Assembly (NCBI RefSeq): GCF_000018305.1
Contig: NC_009954.1
Coordinates: 150,001-182,000 of the forward strand
DNA length: 32,000 nt
Direction: 5' to 3'
Source: Caldivirga maquilingensis IC-167
GTDB taxonomy: Archaea > Thermoproteota > Thermoprotei > Thermoproteales > Thermocladiaceae
Program-made: the position numbers and the translations under genes
Notes under the pieces: generated by a model
Databases searched by the model: none
Told to the model about the DNA's origin: nothing
What the model saw: only the letters and a program-made list of their open reading frames with translations
Shown here: in pieces, positions 18,475 to 26,981 of the stretch
Numbering within the stretch: position 1 is the first letter of the stretch
Layout of the letters: each line of letters begins with the position of its first letter

Positions 18475-18486
18475 GCCCTTATTACT

Positions 18487-19443
18487 TTAGAAGTTTACGT
18501 AGCTTATTCTAAGTGAATCACTGGCCTTCGTTAACTTAAGGAAGTCCTCCTCACTCATTCTCCATCCAGCTGCCCCAGCATTCTCCTCAACCTGCTCAGC
18601 ATTCCTAGCCCCTGGTATTGGTACGACATTCGGGTGCATTATCAACCAGTTTAATGCCACTTGAGCCGGTGTCTTACCGTACTTTGATGCAACCTCCTTT
18701 ATTACCGGAACTAGCTTACTGCTTATTTCCCTGAAGTTATCATCCATGAATAATGGATCCCCAGCCCTTAAGTCATTCCTAGGCCTATTCTCGAAACTAT
18801 ACTTACCGGTAACAACCCCCTTGGCTAATGGACTCCACGCTATTAATGTTAAGCCCTCCCTCTGGACGTAAGGTAGAATCTCCTTCTCAACCTCCCTCTC
18901 AACTATACTATACCTATTCTGGGTACTCACTATATCAGTCTTGGATAGGCATTTCCTTGCGTAATCAAGCAGTGGTGGCAGGTAGTTGCTAACCCCAATG
19001 TACCTTACTACACCATCGTTAACAAGCTTCTCCATAGCCCTCATTGTTTCGCAAACAGGTGTGTTTAACCATGCTGCTGGCCAATGCAGTTGAAGTAAAT
19101 CTATTGCATCAATGCCAAGGCGTTCCTTACTCCTATGTGCTGCCTTAATCACATCATCATACCTATGCCAGTCACCAGGCACCTTAGTGGCGATAATAAC
19201 CTGATCCCTAATACCAAGCTCCTTAATAGCCCTACCAACAAACTCCTCACTCCTACCCCTACCGTAGACTGCTGCAGTGTCTATGAAGTTAATGCCTACT
19301 TCAACGGCCTTACTTATCACCGTCTTAGCCACCTGGTACTCATACGGGCCCCAGGCATCTCCACCGAATTGCCACGCACCTAGACCAATTATAGATATCT
19401 TTAACCCAGTTTTGCCTAAAGATACATACTCCATGGTTAACAT
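18487..19443 (-). CDS. aldo/keto reductase (paralog of 17464..18306)
   Basis: 318 aa with IDTAAVYGRGRSE, ATKVP, LQLHWP and KYGKTPAQVALNWLI. The true start is possibly MEYVSLG, 3 codons in. Confidence 0.9.
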   Translation of the reverse strand: MLTMEYVSLGKTGLKISIIGLGAWQFGGDAWGPYEYQVAKTVISKAVEVGINFIDTAAVYGRGRSEEFVGRAIKELGIRDQVIIATKVPGDWHRYDDVIKAAHRSKERLGIDAIDLLQLHWPAAWLNTPVCETMRAMEKLVNDGVVRYIGVSNYLPPLLDYARKCLSKTDIVSTQNRYSIVEREVEKEILPYVQREGLTLIAWSPLAKGVVTGKYSFENRPRNDLRAGDPLFMDDNFREISSKLVPVIKEVASKYGKTPAQVALNWLIMHPNVVPIPGARNAEQVEENAGAAGWRMSEEDFLKLTKASDSLRISYVNF

Positions 19444-19476
19444 GCCTTAAGTGAATTATTAAATATTACGCGTCTC

Positions 19477-22092
19477 CTACATTAGCTTTGACCCAACAAT
19501 GTTCTCGAAGGGTATGCCTAAGGCGTCAAGTATCTGCTCCAGTGATGTCCTTAAGTACTCAATGTACTTATCCGAGTCAATCTCATCAATTCTAGCCAAC
19601 TGAACAGGCTTAACCCCCTCCCTAGTAGTAGTCTTAACGAAGAATATTATGTCACCGGGACCGGGCTTAACCCCATACTTACCCAGTAGTTCCGCGGCCT
19701 TAACATGCTGCGGTGTGTTCTTAGTGTACTCGCTTATTGGTTTATTTATAGCCATTTTAACGGCAAGCTTATCCAATGGTACATCCTTATTCCTAATCAT
19801 AACGTAGTACTCCCTCACACGCTCCTTAATAGCCTCAGTAACCTTCTCAACATCATTAATACTACTTATTGTACTGAAGAGGTGTATAACATCCTTAACC
19901 GCATCCTTAGCTATATCAGGTGTATTCCTCTTCTTACCCACAAGCCCCTTCATATCCACTGAACCATCCTGCAGTATGCCTGCGTAATTCTTCTTCCTAC
20001 CGCTTAAGGCAAGTATCCTATAGGCCTTATCCAACTCAATATCAATACCCATCTCGTCCTTAACCCAATTTATCATCTCCTCAAGCTTATCCTTACTTGG
20101 ATTATAGAGGAATAGACTATCCGTATCACCGTATATTGGGGTCAGGCCTAAGTCAAGGGCCTTAATTATAGTCCTAGTTATAGCCAACCTACCCAGGGCA
20201 GTAACTAGTTCAGCCAATGGGGGGCAGTAGAGTGGGAATATTTCAGCTCCAAAGACGCCGTAGGATGCGTTTATGAAGACCTTCAACGCCGCTTGAACAA
20301 CATTATAGTAATCCCTCTGCCTCGGGTCCTTATCACCCTTAGCCAGCTTCTTATACACGTAAACCCTCATATCCCTAAGTAACCCAACTAGTAGTGATGT
20401 TAAACCCCTCATATTTGAACAAACCCAGTGAGGTAGGTTTGGGACTGGCCTATTCCTAGGATCATTGGCCTGCTTCTCGTCAGGGCACCTGACTGTTTCA
20501 TAGGATAGATTCCACCTCTTTATTATTGATGGGTATAGGCTTGCGAAGTCAAGCACGTAAACGTTTGGGTATATGCCTGCAATGGGCTCTATCACAATGG
20601 CACCCGCATACTTCTTATTCTTTATTATGGCCTTAGTGGCCACTGAACCCTTAGCATTCACCACATCCTCCTTATTAGGTATTAACCAACCCCTCTTCCT
20701 ATGCTCGAAGTAAACCATATTCCTTATCCACGCTGAGACCTGGTACCTTGAAACATCGTTAAGCGGGGTCTTCGATATCCTGGCTAATAGGACTATTAAC
20801 CTCATGACTAATTCATTATTGAAGGTTGTTAAGTAAAGCGTCAGTAACGCATCCCTGAAGTTGTAGTTAACTAACTCAATGTAATTCATTTCACTAATGG
20901 GCTTCTCCCTCTCAACCTTGGAAATGCCGAGTAATGCACTTGCTATGGCGTCCAGGGTCTTTTCACCGCCTGAGTACTTGCCGCCGAAGGCATAGACTTC
21001 AACAGCCCTAATGTTGAAGAACTTGTATAAGTCGATGTGAACACCAAGCACGTACCTTGCCTCCCCATCCCTTGTTAAGATTATGGGTAACTCCTCCTTC
21101 CTGAAGCCTAATTTAAGTGCCCTATTGTAAATGTAGGTTAAGTCAAAGGAGTCACCGTTGAAGGTGATTAATATTGGGTAAGCCATTATTGTTTTAAAGA
21201 ACTCCCTCAGGAGATCCCTCTCATTATCGAAGAACATGACTTCAACATCATCACTCAGCAACATGCCTTGGTCATCAGCATTCATTAGTATTTCAGGCCT
21301 CCTAAGAACCAGAACCCTCTTAAGCCCATCACTACCAGCTAGGCCTATTGCAATTATCTCATACAATGCCTCCTTGGGGTTAGGTATCTTATTCTCCTGC
21401 GGTGTATAAACCTCAATATCTATAGCAATCCTCTTCAAAGGTGGTACAGGTGCTTGAAATAGGGGTAACCACTCCCTGAAGGCCTTTAGGTACTCCTCAT
21501 CATTAGCGTACAGCTCCTCCCCAAGCTTCTGAATCTCACCTGGAACATCAACGTTAACTGGAGTTAATTTACCATTCTCAATCCTGTAAAACATACCGGG
21601 TACTAGGCCATTATCATATATGTAGGATAAGTGATACTTAATCCTAGCCTCCCAGGACCTAGGTATAATGTCTCTAATGGACTCCCTACCACCACCTATT
21701 GTTAATGGATCCTTAGCGTAAACCACCGTGTAGGTTTTGCTCTTTAATTCAAGGGGATTGAACTTAACCACTGTATCAATGTGATCGAAGCCCTTAAGCC
21801 TTAATATTGACTTATAATTAGTAACCAACTCATCGGGTGGTATATCGGTTATTAAGTATGGTTTATGACCAGTGTTATCGTACCAGAAGTAGATCCTATC
21901 ATTCATGAAGTCGTAAAGCTTCACTAAGGCCTTACCGGCCTTACCATCATAGGTTACGTCAATTAATATACTGGGGGGTGTGCTTGTGGGTGTTTCAGCG
22001 GTAATGGCGCTTTCCTGAATATACTCCTCACTGGATTCCTCAACCTCCTCTTCCTCTGGTTCCTCAATTTTATCTAATTCATCCTTGGGCAC
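19477..22092 (-). CDS. polB: family B DNA polymerase (PolB1/Dpo1-like size, all catalytic motifs intact)
   Basis: 871 aa with a GTG start. Exo I is IAIDIEV, Exo II is FNGDSFDL, Exo III is YNFRDALLTLYL. Motif A is LDFASLYPSII, motif B is KVFINASYGVFG, motif C is YGDTDS. No intein. Confidence 0.95.
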   Translation of the reverse strand: MPKDELDKIEEPEEEEVEESSEEYIQESAITAETPTSTPPSILIDVTYDGKAGKALVKLYDFMNDRIYFWYDNTGHKPYLITDIPPDELVTNYKSILRLKGFDHIDTVVKFNPLELKSKTYTVVYAKDPLTIGGGRESIRDIIPRSWEARIKYHLSYIYDNGLVPGMFYRIENGKLTPVNVDVPGEIQKLGEELYANDEEYLKAFREWLPLFQAPVPPLKRIAIDIEVYTPQENKIPNPKEALYEIIAIGLAGSDGLKRVLVLRRPEILMNADDQGMLLSDDVEVMFFDNERDLLREFFKTIMAYPILITFNGDSFDLTYIYNRALKLGFRKEELPIILTRDGEARYVLGVHIDLYKFFNIRAVEVYAFGGKYSGGEKTLDAIASALLGISKVEREKPISEMNYIELVNYNFRDALLTLYLTTFNNELVMRLIVLLARISKTPLNDVSRYQVSAWIRNMVYFEHRKRGWLIPNKEDVVNAKGSVATKAIIKNKKYAGAIVIEPIAGIYPNVYVLDFASLYPSIIKRWNLSYETVRCPDEKQANDPRNRPVPNLPHWVCSNMRGLTSLLVGLLRDMRVYVYKKLAKGDKDPRQRDYYNVVQAALKVFINASYGVFGAEIFPLYCPPLAELVTALGRLAITRTIIKALDLGLTPIYGDTDSLFLYNPSKDKLEEMINWVKDEMGIDIELDKAYRILALSGRKKNYAGILQDGSVDMKGLVGKKRNTPDIAKDAVKDVIHLFSTISSINDVEKVTEAIKERVREYYVMIRNKDVPLDKLAVKMAINKPISEYTKNTPQHVKAAELLGKYGVKPGPGDIIFFVKTTTREGVKPVQLARIDEIDSDKYIEYLRTSLEQILDALGIPFENIVGSKLM

Positions 22093-22230
22093 AAGTCTAC
22101 GGTTACTGGAAAGTTATAAGGGTTTCAGCTTAAGTTAATTATTAATTAAGTGAGTTTAGTTTAAGGGGAAAATTAACCTATTGAGATGAGTTAAGACTTA
22201 AATATGAGGTATTAATCTACTTTAGGAGTA

Positions 22231-23583
22231 ATGGTTGATTGCGACTTAATAGATATGGCGTTCGTGGACTCTAACGCTAGACGTAAGATTATACAATACA
22301 TGCTTGATAAGGGCATTGATCCACAGGACCTGGGTTTCTCAAGGGAGTACATTGAATCAGTGTTGAGGGGTAATGCTGAGGTGAATAACATGCTTCTATG
22401 CGCTGCCTTAAGATTCATGGATCTTGATGAGTTGAACCGAGTAATAGGCTATGTACCGAGGATGGCCACTGAGGATGATTTAATAATGGTGATTAGTAGG
22501 GCTAAGAGGGATGAGGCCTACAGGAGGCTATTACTTGAAGCTGTTAATAGGGCGTTTAGGGAGGAGCAGGCTAAGGGTAGTGAGGTCACTGTTAGTGGGT
22601 TGGGTTACGTTAAGTATAAGCTACCTGACCTCGCCTTAACCATAGCTAAGCTTGAGAGGAAACTCCCTGAAAGAACCATTGGAGCGATTCTTTGGTCCAT
22701 TAAGACAATCCTAATGCTATTCGCTGAATTAGTCTTCGCACTAGCCATAGCCTTCTTCATAATACACGCAGTGCCTGGTGCAGGTCACCTAGTGGATCCT
22801 GTTAATAGTTTTCTAAGATTCCTACTAATGGTTCTCCACGGTAACTTAGGTTGGTCAAGGACCTATGGGGCTCCTGTGGCTGAGATAATAGCCCTTGCCG
22901 CCCCCTGGACCATAACCATAGCAACCATATCCCTAACCCTAGCCTTCATAACAGGCTACACACTCGGCTTAGTCAGCGCCTCTAGGACTGGTATCATTGA
23001 CTCATTTATTAATGGTTTAGCCGCCTTCGCTCAATCAGTTCCATCATACGTAATAGCGTTAACCCTCATAGTTGTCTTTGGGGTGGTGCTTAAGATACTG
23101 CCAATAGCTGGTATTAATTCCATGGGGATTAAGCCTGGGGTAAGCATATTCTATTTCATTGATGTTGCTAAGCATTTAATTTTACCAATATTCTCATACT
23201 ACATAATACTGTTTCCGAATTGGGTCTTCATTACGAGGAGCTTAGCGACAATGACCCTTACTGAGGATTATGTTTTAACAGCTAAGGCTAGGGGGTTACG
23301 TGAAAGGAGAATACTTAACTCTTATATTGGTAAAAATTCAATACTGCCTCAGTTAACCTTACTGGCTTACTCCTATGGCTTACTCTTCGGTAATAGTGTA
23401 TTTATTGAAACAATGTTCGCAATACCTGGATTAGGCTACTTAATTAGTGTGACTGCAGGTACCTCAGACTACATGACTACCGTGGGAGCCTTCATGGTTA
23501 TAATAATATCCGTGATCATAGGTAACTTCATAGCTGATTTAACGTATGGACTAGTGGACCCAAGGATAAGGGGGGTTGTTTAA
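22231..23583 (+). CDS. ABC transporter permease (DppB/OppB type) with a ~145-aa N-terminal soluble extension
   Basis: The C-terminal ~300 aa has 6 TM segments, an EAA-loop region (EDYVLTAKARGLRERRIL) and the DppB-type ending LVDPRIRG. The N-terminal 145 aa is hydrophilic and helical. An A/T box (CTTAAATATG) lies about 25-33 nt upstream of ATG 22231. Confidence 0.8.
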   Translation: MVDCDLIDMAFVDSNARRKIIQYMLDKGIDPQDLGFSREYIESVLRGNAEVNNMLLCAALRFMDLDELNRVIGYVPRMATEDDLIMVISRAKRDEAYRRLLLEAVNRAFREEQAKGSEVTVSGLGYVKYKLPDLALTIAKLERKLPERTIGAILWSIKTILMLFAELVFALAIAFFIIHAVPGAGHLVDPVNSFLRFLLMVLHGNLGWSRTYGAPVAEIIALAAPWTITIATISLTLAFITGYTLGLVSASRTGIIDSFINGLAAFAQSVPSYVIALTLIVVFGVVLKILPIAGINSMGIKPGVSIFYFIDVAKHLILPIFSYYIILFPNWVFITRSLATMTLTEDYVLTAKARGLRERRILNSYIGKNSILPQLTLLAYSYGLLFGNSVFIETMFAIPGLGYLISVTAGTSDYMTTVGAFMVIIISVIIGNFIADLTYGLVDPRIRGVV

Positions 23584-23611
23584 AATCCCCCTAAGTGGGG
23601 CTTATTTTCAC

Positions 23612-24040
23612 TCACTCCCCACTTAGGCTTGACTCCTCAATGGACTTTATCATTACTGATGATGTTGTTGACTCTATTAACTCCTTGGCTATATCATAAT
23701 ACGAGTTAACGAGTTGAAGCAACCTCTGCTTAACGTGATCAATGGGTAATGCATAGTAAACGTAGGTATAGCCTCCCCTCCTGGTTAACACGGCTCTCCT
23801 AGCCACTAATCCAAGTTGAATAAGCTTCATTAGTGACTTCTCCACGGTGCTTCTGGACTTCTTAATGGCTGTTGATATTTCTGATACAGTTAATGGATCA
23901 TTACCATTATTGTTTAGTAACGTGTGATATACAGTAACATCAGTTATTGACAATTTCAAGATACATCTAAGTATATATTTCAAATCAATGTTCTTAACTA
24001 GATTCTCTACATCTACTTCTCTCAATGTATTTAGATACAT
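23612..24040 (-). CDS. winged-helix transcriptional regulator (MarR/TrmB-like)
   Basis: 142 aa. LTVSEISTAIKKSRSTVEKSLMKLIQLGLVARR followed by a beta-wing (GGYTYVYYAL) is a typical wHTH. Confidence 0.6.
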   Translation of the reverse strand: MYLNTLREVDVENLVKNIDLKYILRCILKLSITDVTVYHTLLNNNGNDPLTVSEISTAIKKSRSTVEKSLMKLIQLGLVARRAVLTRRGGYTYVYYALPIDHVKQRLLQLVNSYYDIAKELIESTTSSVMIKSIEESSLSGE

Positions 24041-24140
24041 CTAACCACCTAAGAGGGTTAGCCAGCAGCTATTTATAAACCCTTCTCTAATGAAGCCGTA
24101 ATGAGTCAAGTTTAATTACTCCAAGTCTGAATCTTCAAAC

Positions 24141-25097
24141 GTGAAGAAGCCGACAATAGCCTCAGTGGGTAACCTTAACCTAGATGTGTATTTCCGAATC
24201 CAGTCCCTACCTGAGAATGATGGGGCTGTTGAAGCATATGAGGCATACATAGGGGGAGGCGGGTCAGCAGCCAACTTCGCCATACAGGCCTCAAAGCTTG
24301 GAGCTTACGTAAGATTCATTGGGGCAGTTGGCTCAGATACCATTAGTGATGCGTTACTGGAGGATCTTAAGGAGGCTGGGGTTGATGTTAAGTGGGTTAA
24401 GAGAATTAATGTCGAGAGAAGTGGACTAGTAGTTGTTCTAATAGGTCCCGAGAACGGTAAAAGGATGATTGAGTACAGGGGTGCTAACCTAGGCTTAACA
24501 CCCAGTGACGTAAACAGTGAGTCACTTAATGGGGTTAATCACCTACACGTAGCGTTAAGTAGATTAAACATAATTGAGGCTGGGGTTAAGAGGGCTAAGG
24601 AACTTGGCTTAACAGTCTCCGTTGATGGGGGCGCTGGGTTGTCATCATATGATTTAAACATACTTAAACCATTAATGGATGGGGTAAACACATGGTTCAT
24701 GAATAGCCTTGAGGCTAGGAAGCTAACAGGCATTGATGACCCTATTTCAGCCGGATTAAGGATACTTGAGAGTATTAACGTTGAGGAACTTATTATTACC
24801 CTTGGCCCAGGGGGTGCAGTATCATTTACTAAAGATGGGGCTAAACTTGTTGAGGCCTTTAAGGTAGCGCCCATTGATACCACTGGGGCCGGCGACGTCT
24901 TCGCAGCATCATACGTATTCGCTAAGTTAATAGGCTTAGATAGGGTTAGTAGGTTAATATTCGCTAACGCCGCAGCCTCAATTAAAGTTACCAGGAGGGG
25001 GGCTAGGGCTGGACCAAGCTTCAGTGAAGTCCTAGAGTTCCTTAGGACCGTGGGTTACAGTGACTTAACGAATGAGATTAGGAGTATTCTTAACTAA
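24141..25097 (+). CDS. PfkB-family sugar kinase (ribokinase-like)
   Basis: 318 aa with a GTG start. Has the N-terminal GGGGSAANFA and the C-terminal PfkB signature DTTGAGDVF. Confidence 0.85.
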   Translation: MKKPTIASVGNLNLDVYFRIQSLPENDGAVEAYEAYIGGGGSAANFAIQASKLGAYVRFIGAVGSDTISDALLEDLKEAGVDVKWVKRINVERSGLVVVLIGPENGKRMIEYRGANLGLTPSDVNSESLNGVNHLHVALSRLNIIEAGVKRAKELGLTVSVDGGAGLSSYDLNILKPLMDGVNTWFMNSLEARKLTGIDDPISAGLRILESINVEELIITLGPGGAVSFTKDGAKLVEAFKVAPIDTTGAGDVFAASYVFAKLIGLDRVSRLIFANAAASIKVTRRGARAGPSFSEVLEFLRTVGYSDLTNEIRSILN

Positions 25098-26285
25098 TGA
25101 TGCCTTAGGGTTCAATTCCCTTAAGGACCTATATAGCAGCCAGGTGAAAGCTACGACTGAGGCTTCAACAATTATAGTCATATACCTTAAACCCATTAAT
25201 TCAGCTGATACGCCTAAGGCGATGGGTGATAGTATGCCGATTATAGTCATTATTGATGAAAATGCGGAGTTCATTAAATTCCTCTCATCATCCTTCGAAT
25301 CCCTTGAAATCACTATTAGTGAGAGGGGGTATGTTAAACCATGAGGCACACCAAGTATAGCCAAAGAAATGGCGTATAGGTAAATGTTCGGTGAAATAGT
25401 CATAATTACTAGGCCCACTATTGTTAGCATTGACATTGATAATGAAGCATACTTAACATCTCTAATAGGTCTTACTGAAATATAGAGCCTAGTGGCGAAG
25501 GATGTGGTGAAGAAGGCTGAGAAAAGTAAGTACACTAGTGAATTATTTGCATGGAAGTACTCTATGGCGTATATTCCCCCGAAGGCGGTTAACATGGCGA
25601 AGGGTAAACTATACATGGCATTATTGTATATTGCAACCCTGAAGCTGGCTCTACCCCATATTGAGCTTAACTTAAACTTAACTCTGCCAGGCTTCTCCGC
25701 TGGGAAGGGTAGTTTGGGGGATAGTAGGATCATTATTGCTGAGAAGACTGAGAAGAATAGGAATACATCCCTGAGGGTGAAGTAACGTAGTATTATTGAC
25801 TCGATGACTGGGCCTATTGTTAAACTTAAACTAAGGGCAAAGGTATATAACGCTATTACCCTCTCCCTTGTCTCCTGATCCCTCCCTATTATGCTTGATG
25901 CCGTTGCAACGTTAGGCATTATTATACCGAGTAGAAAGCCCACTGCAATTGACGTTAACCAAAGGCCAATGTAGTTTACGAAGGGGTATATTAGGAATGT
26001 GAGGAAGTAGAGGAGTGTTGATGCTTCAAATAGTATTCTCCTCTTGGCTGAATCTAGCCTTGCGTTAACCCACATTGTAGCAATGAATAATGACACTGAA
26101 ATAATACTACTTAGTAACCCCACCTCAGCCTCAGTGGAGTTGAAATACTCCCTAGCTATTAACGGTACCGTGGTCTGTATCATATTGTTGCTTGCCCTAG
26201 CCATAAACGTGAATACGAGTAGGATAATGATGGCTTGCATTAAGTCTCTTCCCTCTGAATTAATTAAGGAGCCTAGCTTACTCAT
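25065..26285 (-). CDS. MFS-type transporter
   Basis: 406 aa with about 12 hydrophobic segments in a 6+6 layout separated by a basic loop (PAEKPGRVKFK). No sharper motif was recognised. Confidence 0.65.
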   Translation of the reverse strand: MSKLGSLINSEGRDLMQAIIILLVFTFMARASNNMIQTTVPLIAREYFNSTEAEVGLLSSIISVSLFIATMWVNARLDSAKRRILFEASTLLYFLTFLIYPFVNYIGLWLTSIAVGFLLGIIMPNVATASSIIGRDQETRERVIALYTFALSLSLTIGPVIESIILRYFTLRDVFLFFSVFSAIMILLSPKLPFPAEKPGRVKFKLSSIWGRASFRVAIYNNAMYSLPFAMLTAFGGIYAIEYFHANNSLVYLLFSAFFTTSFATRLYISVRPIRDVKYASLSMSMLTIVGLVIMTISPNIYLYAISLAILGVPHGLTYPLSLIVISRDSKDDERNLMNSAFSSIMTIIGILSPIALGVSAELMGLRYMTIIVEASVVAFTWLLYRSLRELNPKASLVKNTPNLIR

Positions 26286-26443
26286 ATTTCGTTTTCTAAA
26301 GGCCTAAACCCGGTACCTTTTATAAAACTTACCCGGACAGATATATAGATCCACACTAAATATAAATAACCAATATAGTAATATATAATTATCAACACCG
26401 CTAAGCCAGCACTATTAATGCATTAATTAACATGAGGCTCATA

Positions 26444-26451
26444 TTTATAAA
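26444..26451 (+). promoter_or_regulatory. TATA box (TTTATAAA) upstream of ORF 26474
   Basis: A strong A/T box centred about 26 nt upstream of the GTG at 26474. Confidence 0.45.
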
Positions 26452-26473
26452 CAGATGAACCGCACTCGAATAC

Positions 26474-26824
26474 GTGGGAAGCAGCATTAGCGCCATTGTT
26501 GATGGGATTGTGGGTGGTTGCGTAGATGGATACGTTGAAAAACATACCTTTAAGAGCGGGTCTAGGTATATTATAAAACCAAGCAACATGTTCATTGAAC
26601 TCCACGTAATAAGTGAGGGCGATAACATTTGTGTGGAGATTTGGGACCATGAAACCAGTGCAGCCCCTGTGTATGCGCAGAGCTTTAGGGATAATGAATT
26701 CGAGGAGTCGGTAAACTACATAATTTGCAGGATATATCAATTATTAATGATCAAGAAAATGATGAGCATTAGACCTGAATCTGAAACCCCTCTAAGTTTA
26801 AAAGCCACGGCAGTTAAGCATTAA
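26474..26824 (+). CDS. hypothetical protein (116 aa, GTG start)
   Basis: The + strand is preferred over the overlapping - strand ORFs for two reasons: the + strand is purine-rich like genuine coding strands here, and a TTTATAAA box sits at -26. No family was recognised. Confidence 0.35.
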   Translation: MGSSISAIVDGIVGGCVDGYVEKHTFKSGSRYIIKPSNMFIELHVISEGDNICVEIWDHETSAAPVYAQSFRDNEFEESVNYIICRIYQLLMIKKMMSIRPESETPLSLKATAVKH

Positions 26825-26981
26825 GGAGATTGAGTGATCATGGGCCCTAGCGCTGATTAATAATGATGAGGATGAATCCTTCCTCACAGGCTTAATAGTT
26901 TTAATTAAGGCGCCCTTAGGTAGTTAACTAAATGTATCAACCGCATAATTCATTTATATACGCTAATTAATCCAGACTCCA

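Noticed and set aside
18130-18684. 45-nt inverted repeat (41/45 identical) between 18130-18174 and 18640-18684 in the two convergent AKR genes
   Set aside because: Both copies encode the same conserved AKR peptide KYGKTPAQVALNWLI, and all four differences are synonymous third positions. This is explained by paralogy plus shared codon usage, not by a structural or mobile repeat.
22212-22418. Track ORF 22212..22418 (-)
   Set aside because: It is antisense to the 5' end of the permease-fusion gene and would run into the polB/permease divergent promoter region. No support.
24539-26307. Track ORFs 24539..24883 (-), 25072..25344 (+), 25492..25785 (+) and 26044..26307 (+)
   Set aside because: They are antisense shadows of the PfkB kinase and MFS transporter genes.
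26834-26886. Second C/D-box-like arrangement: GUGAUCA - 12 nt - CUGA - UUAAUA - AUGAUGA - 12 nt - CCUC/CUCA
   Set aside because: The internal D' and C' boxes are perfect, but the terminal D box is missing (CUCA at best, losing the essential GA), the C box has a mismatch, and no A/T box precedes it. The AUGAUGA also lies in a GAGGA...UCCUC hairpin. It is possibly a decayed sRNA, but there is not enough to call.
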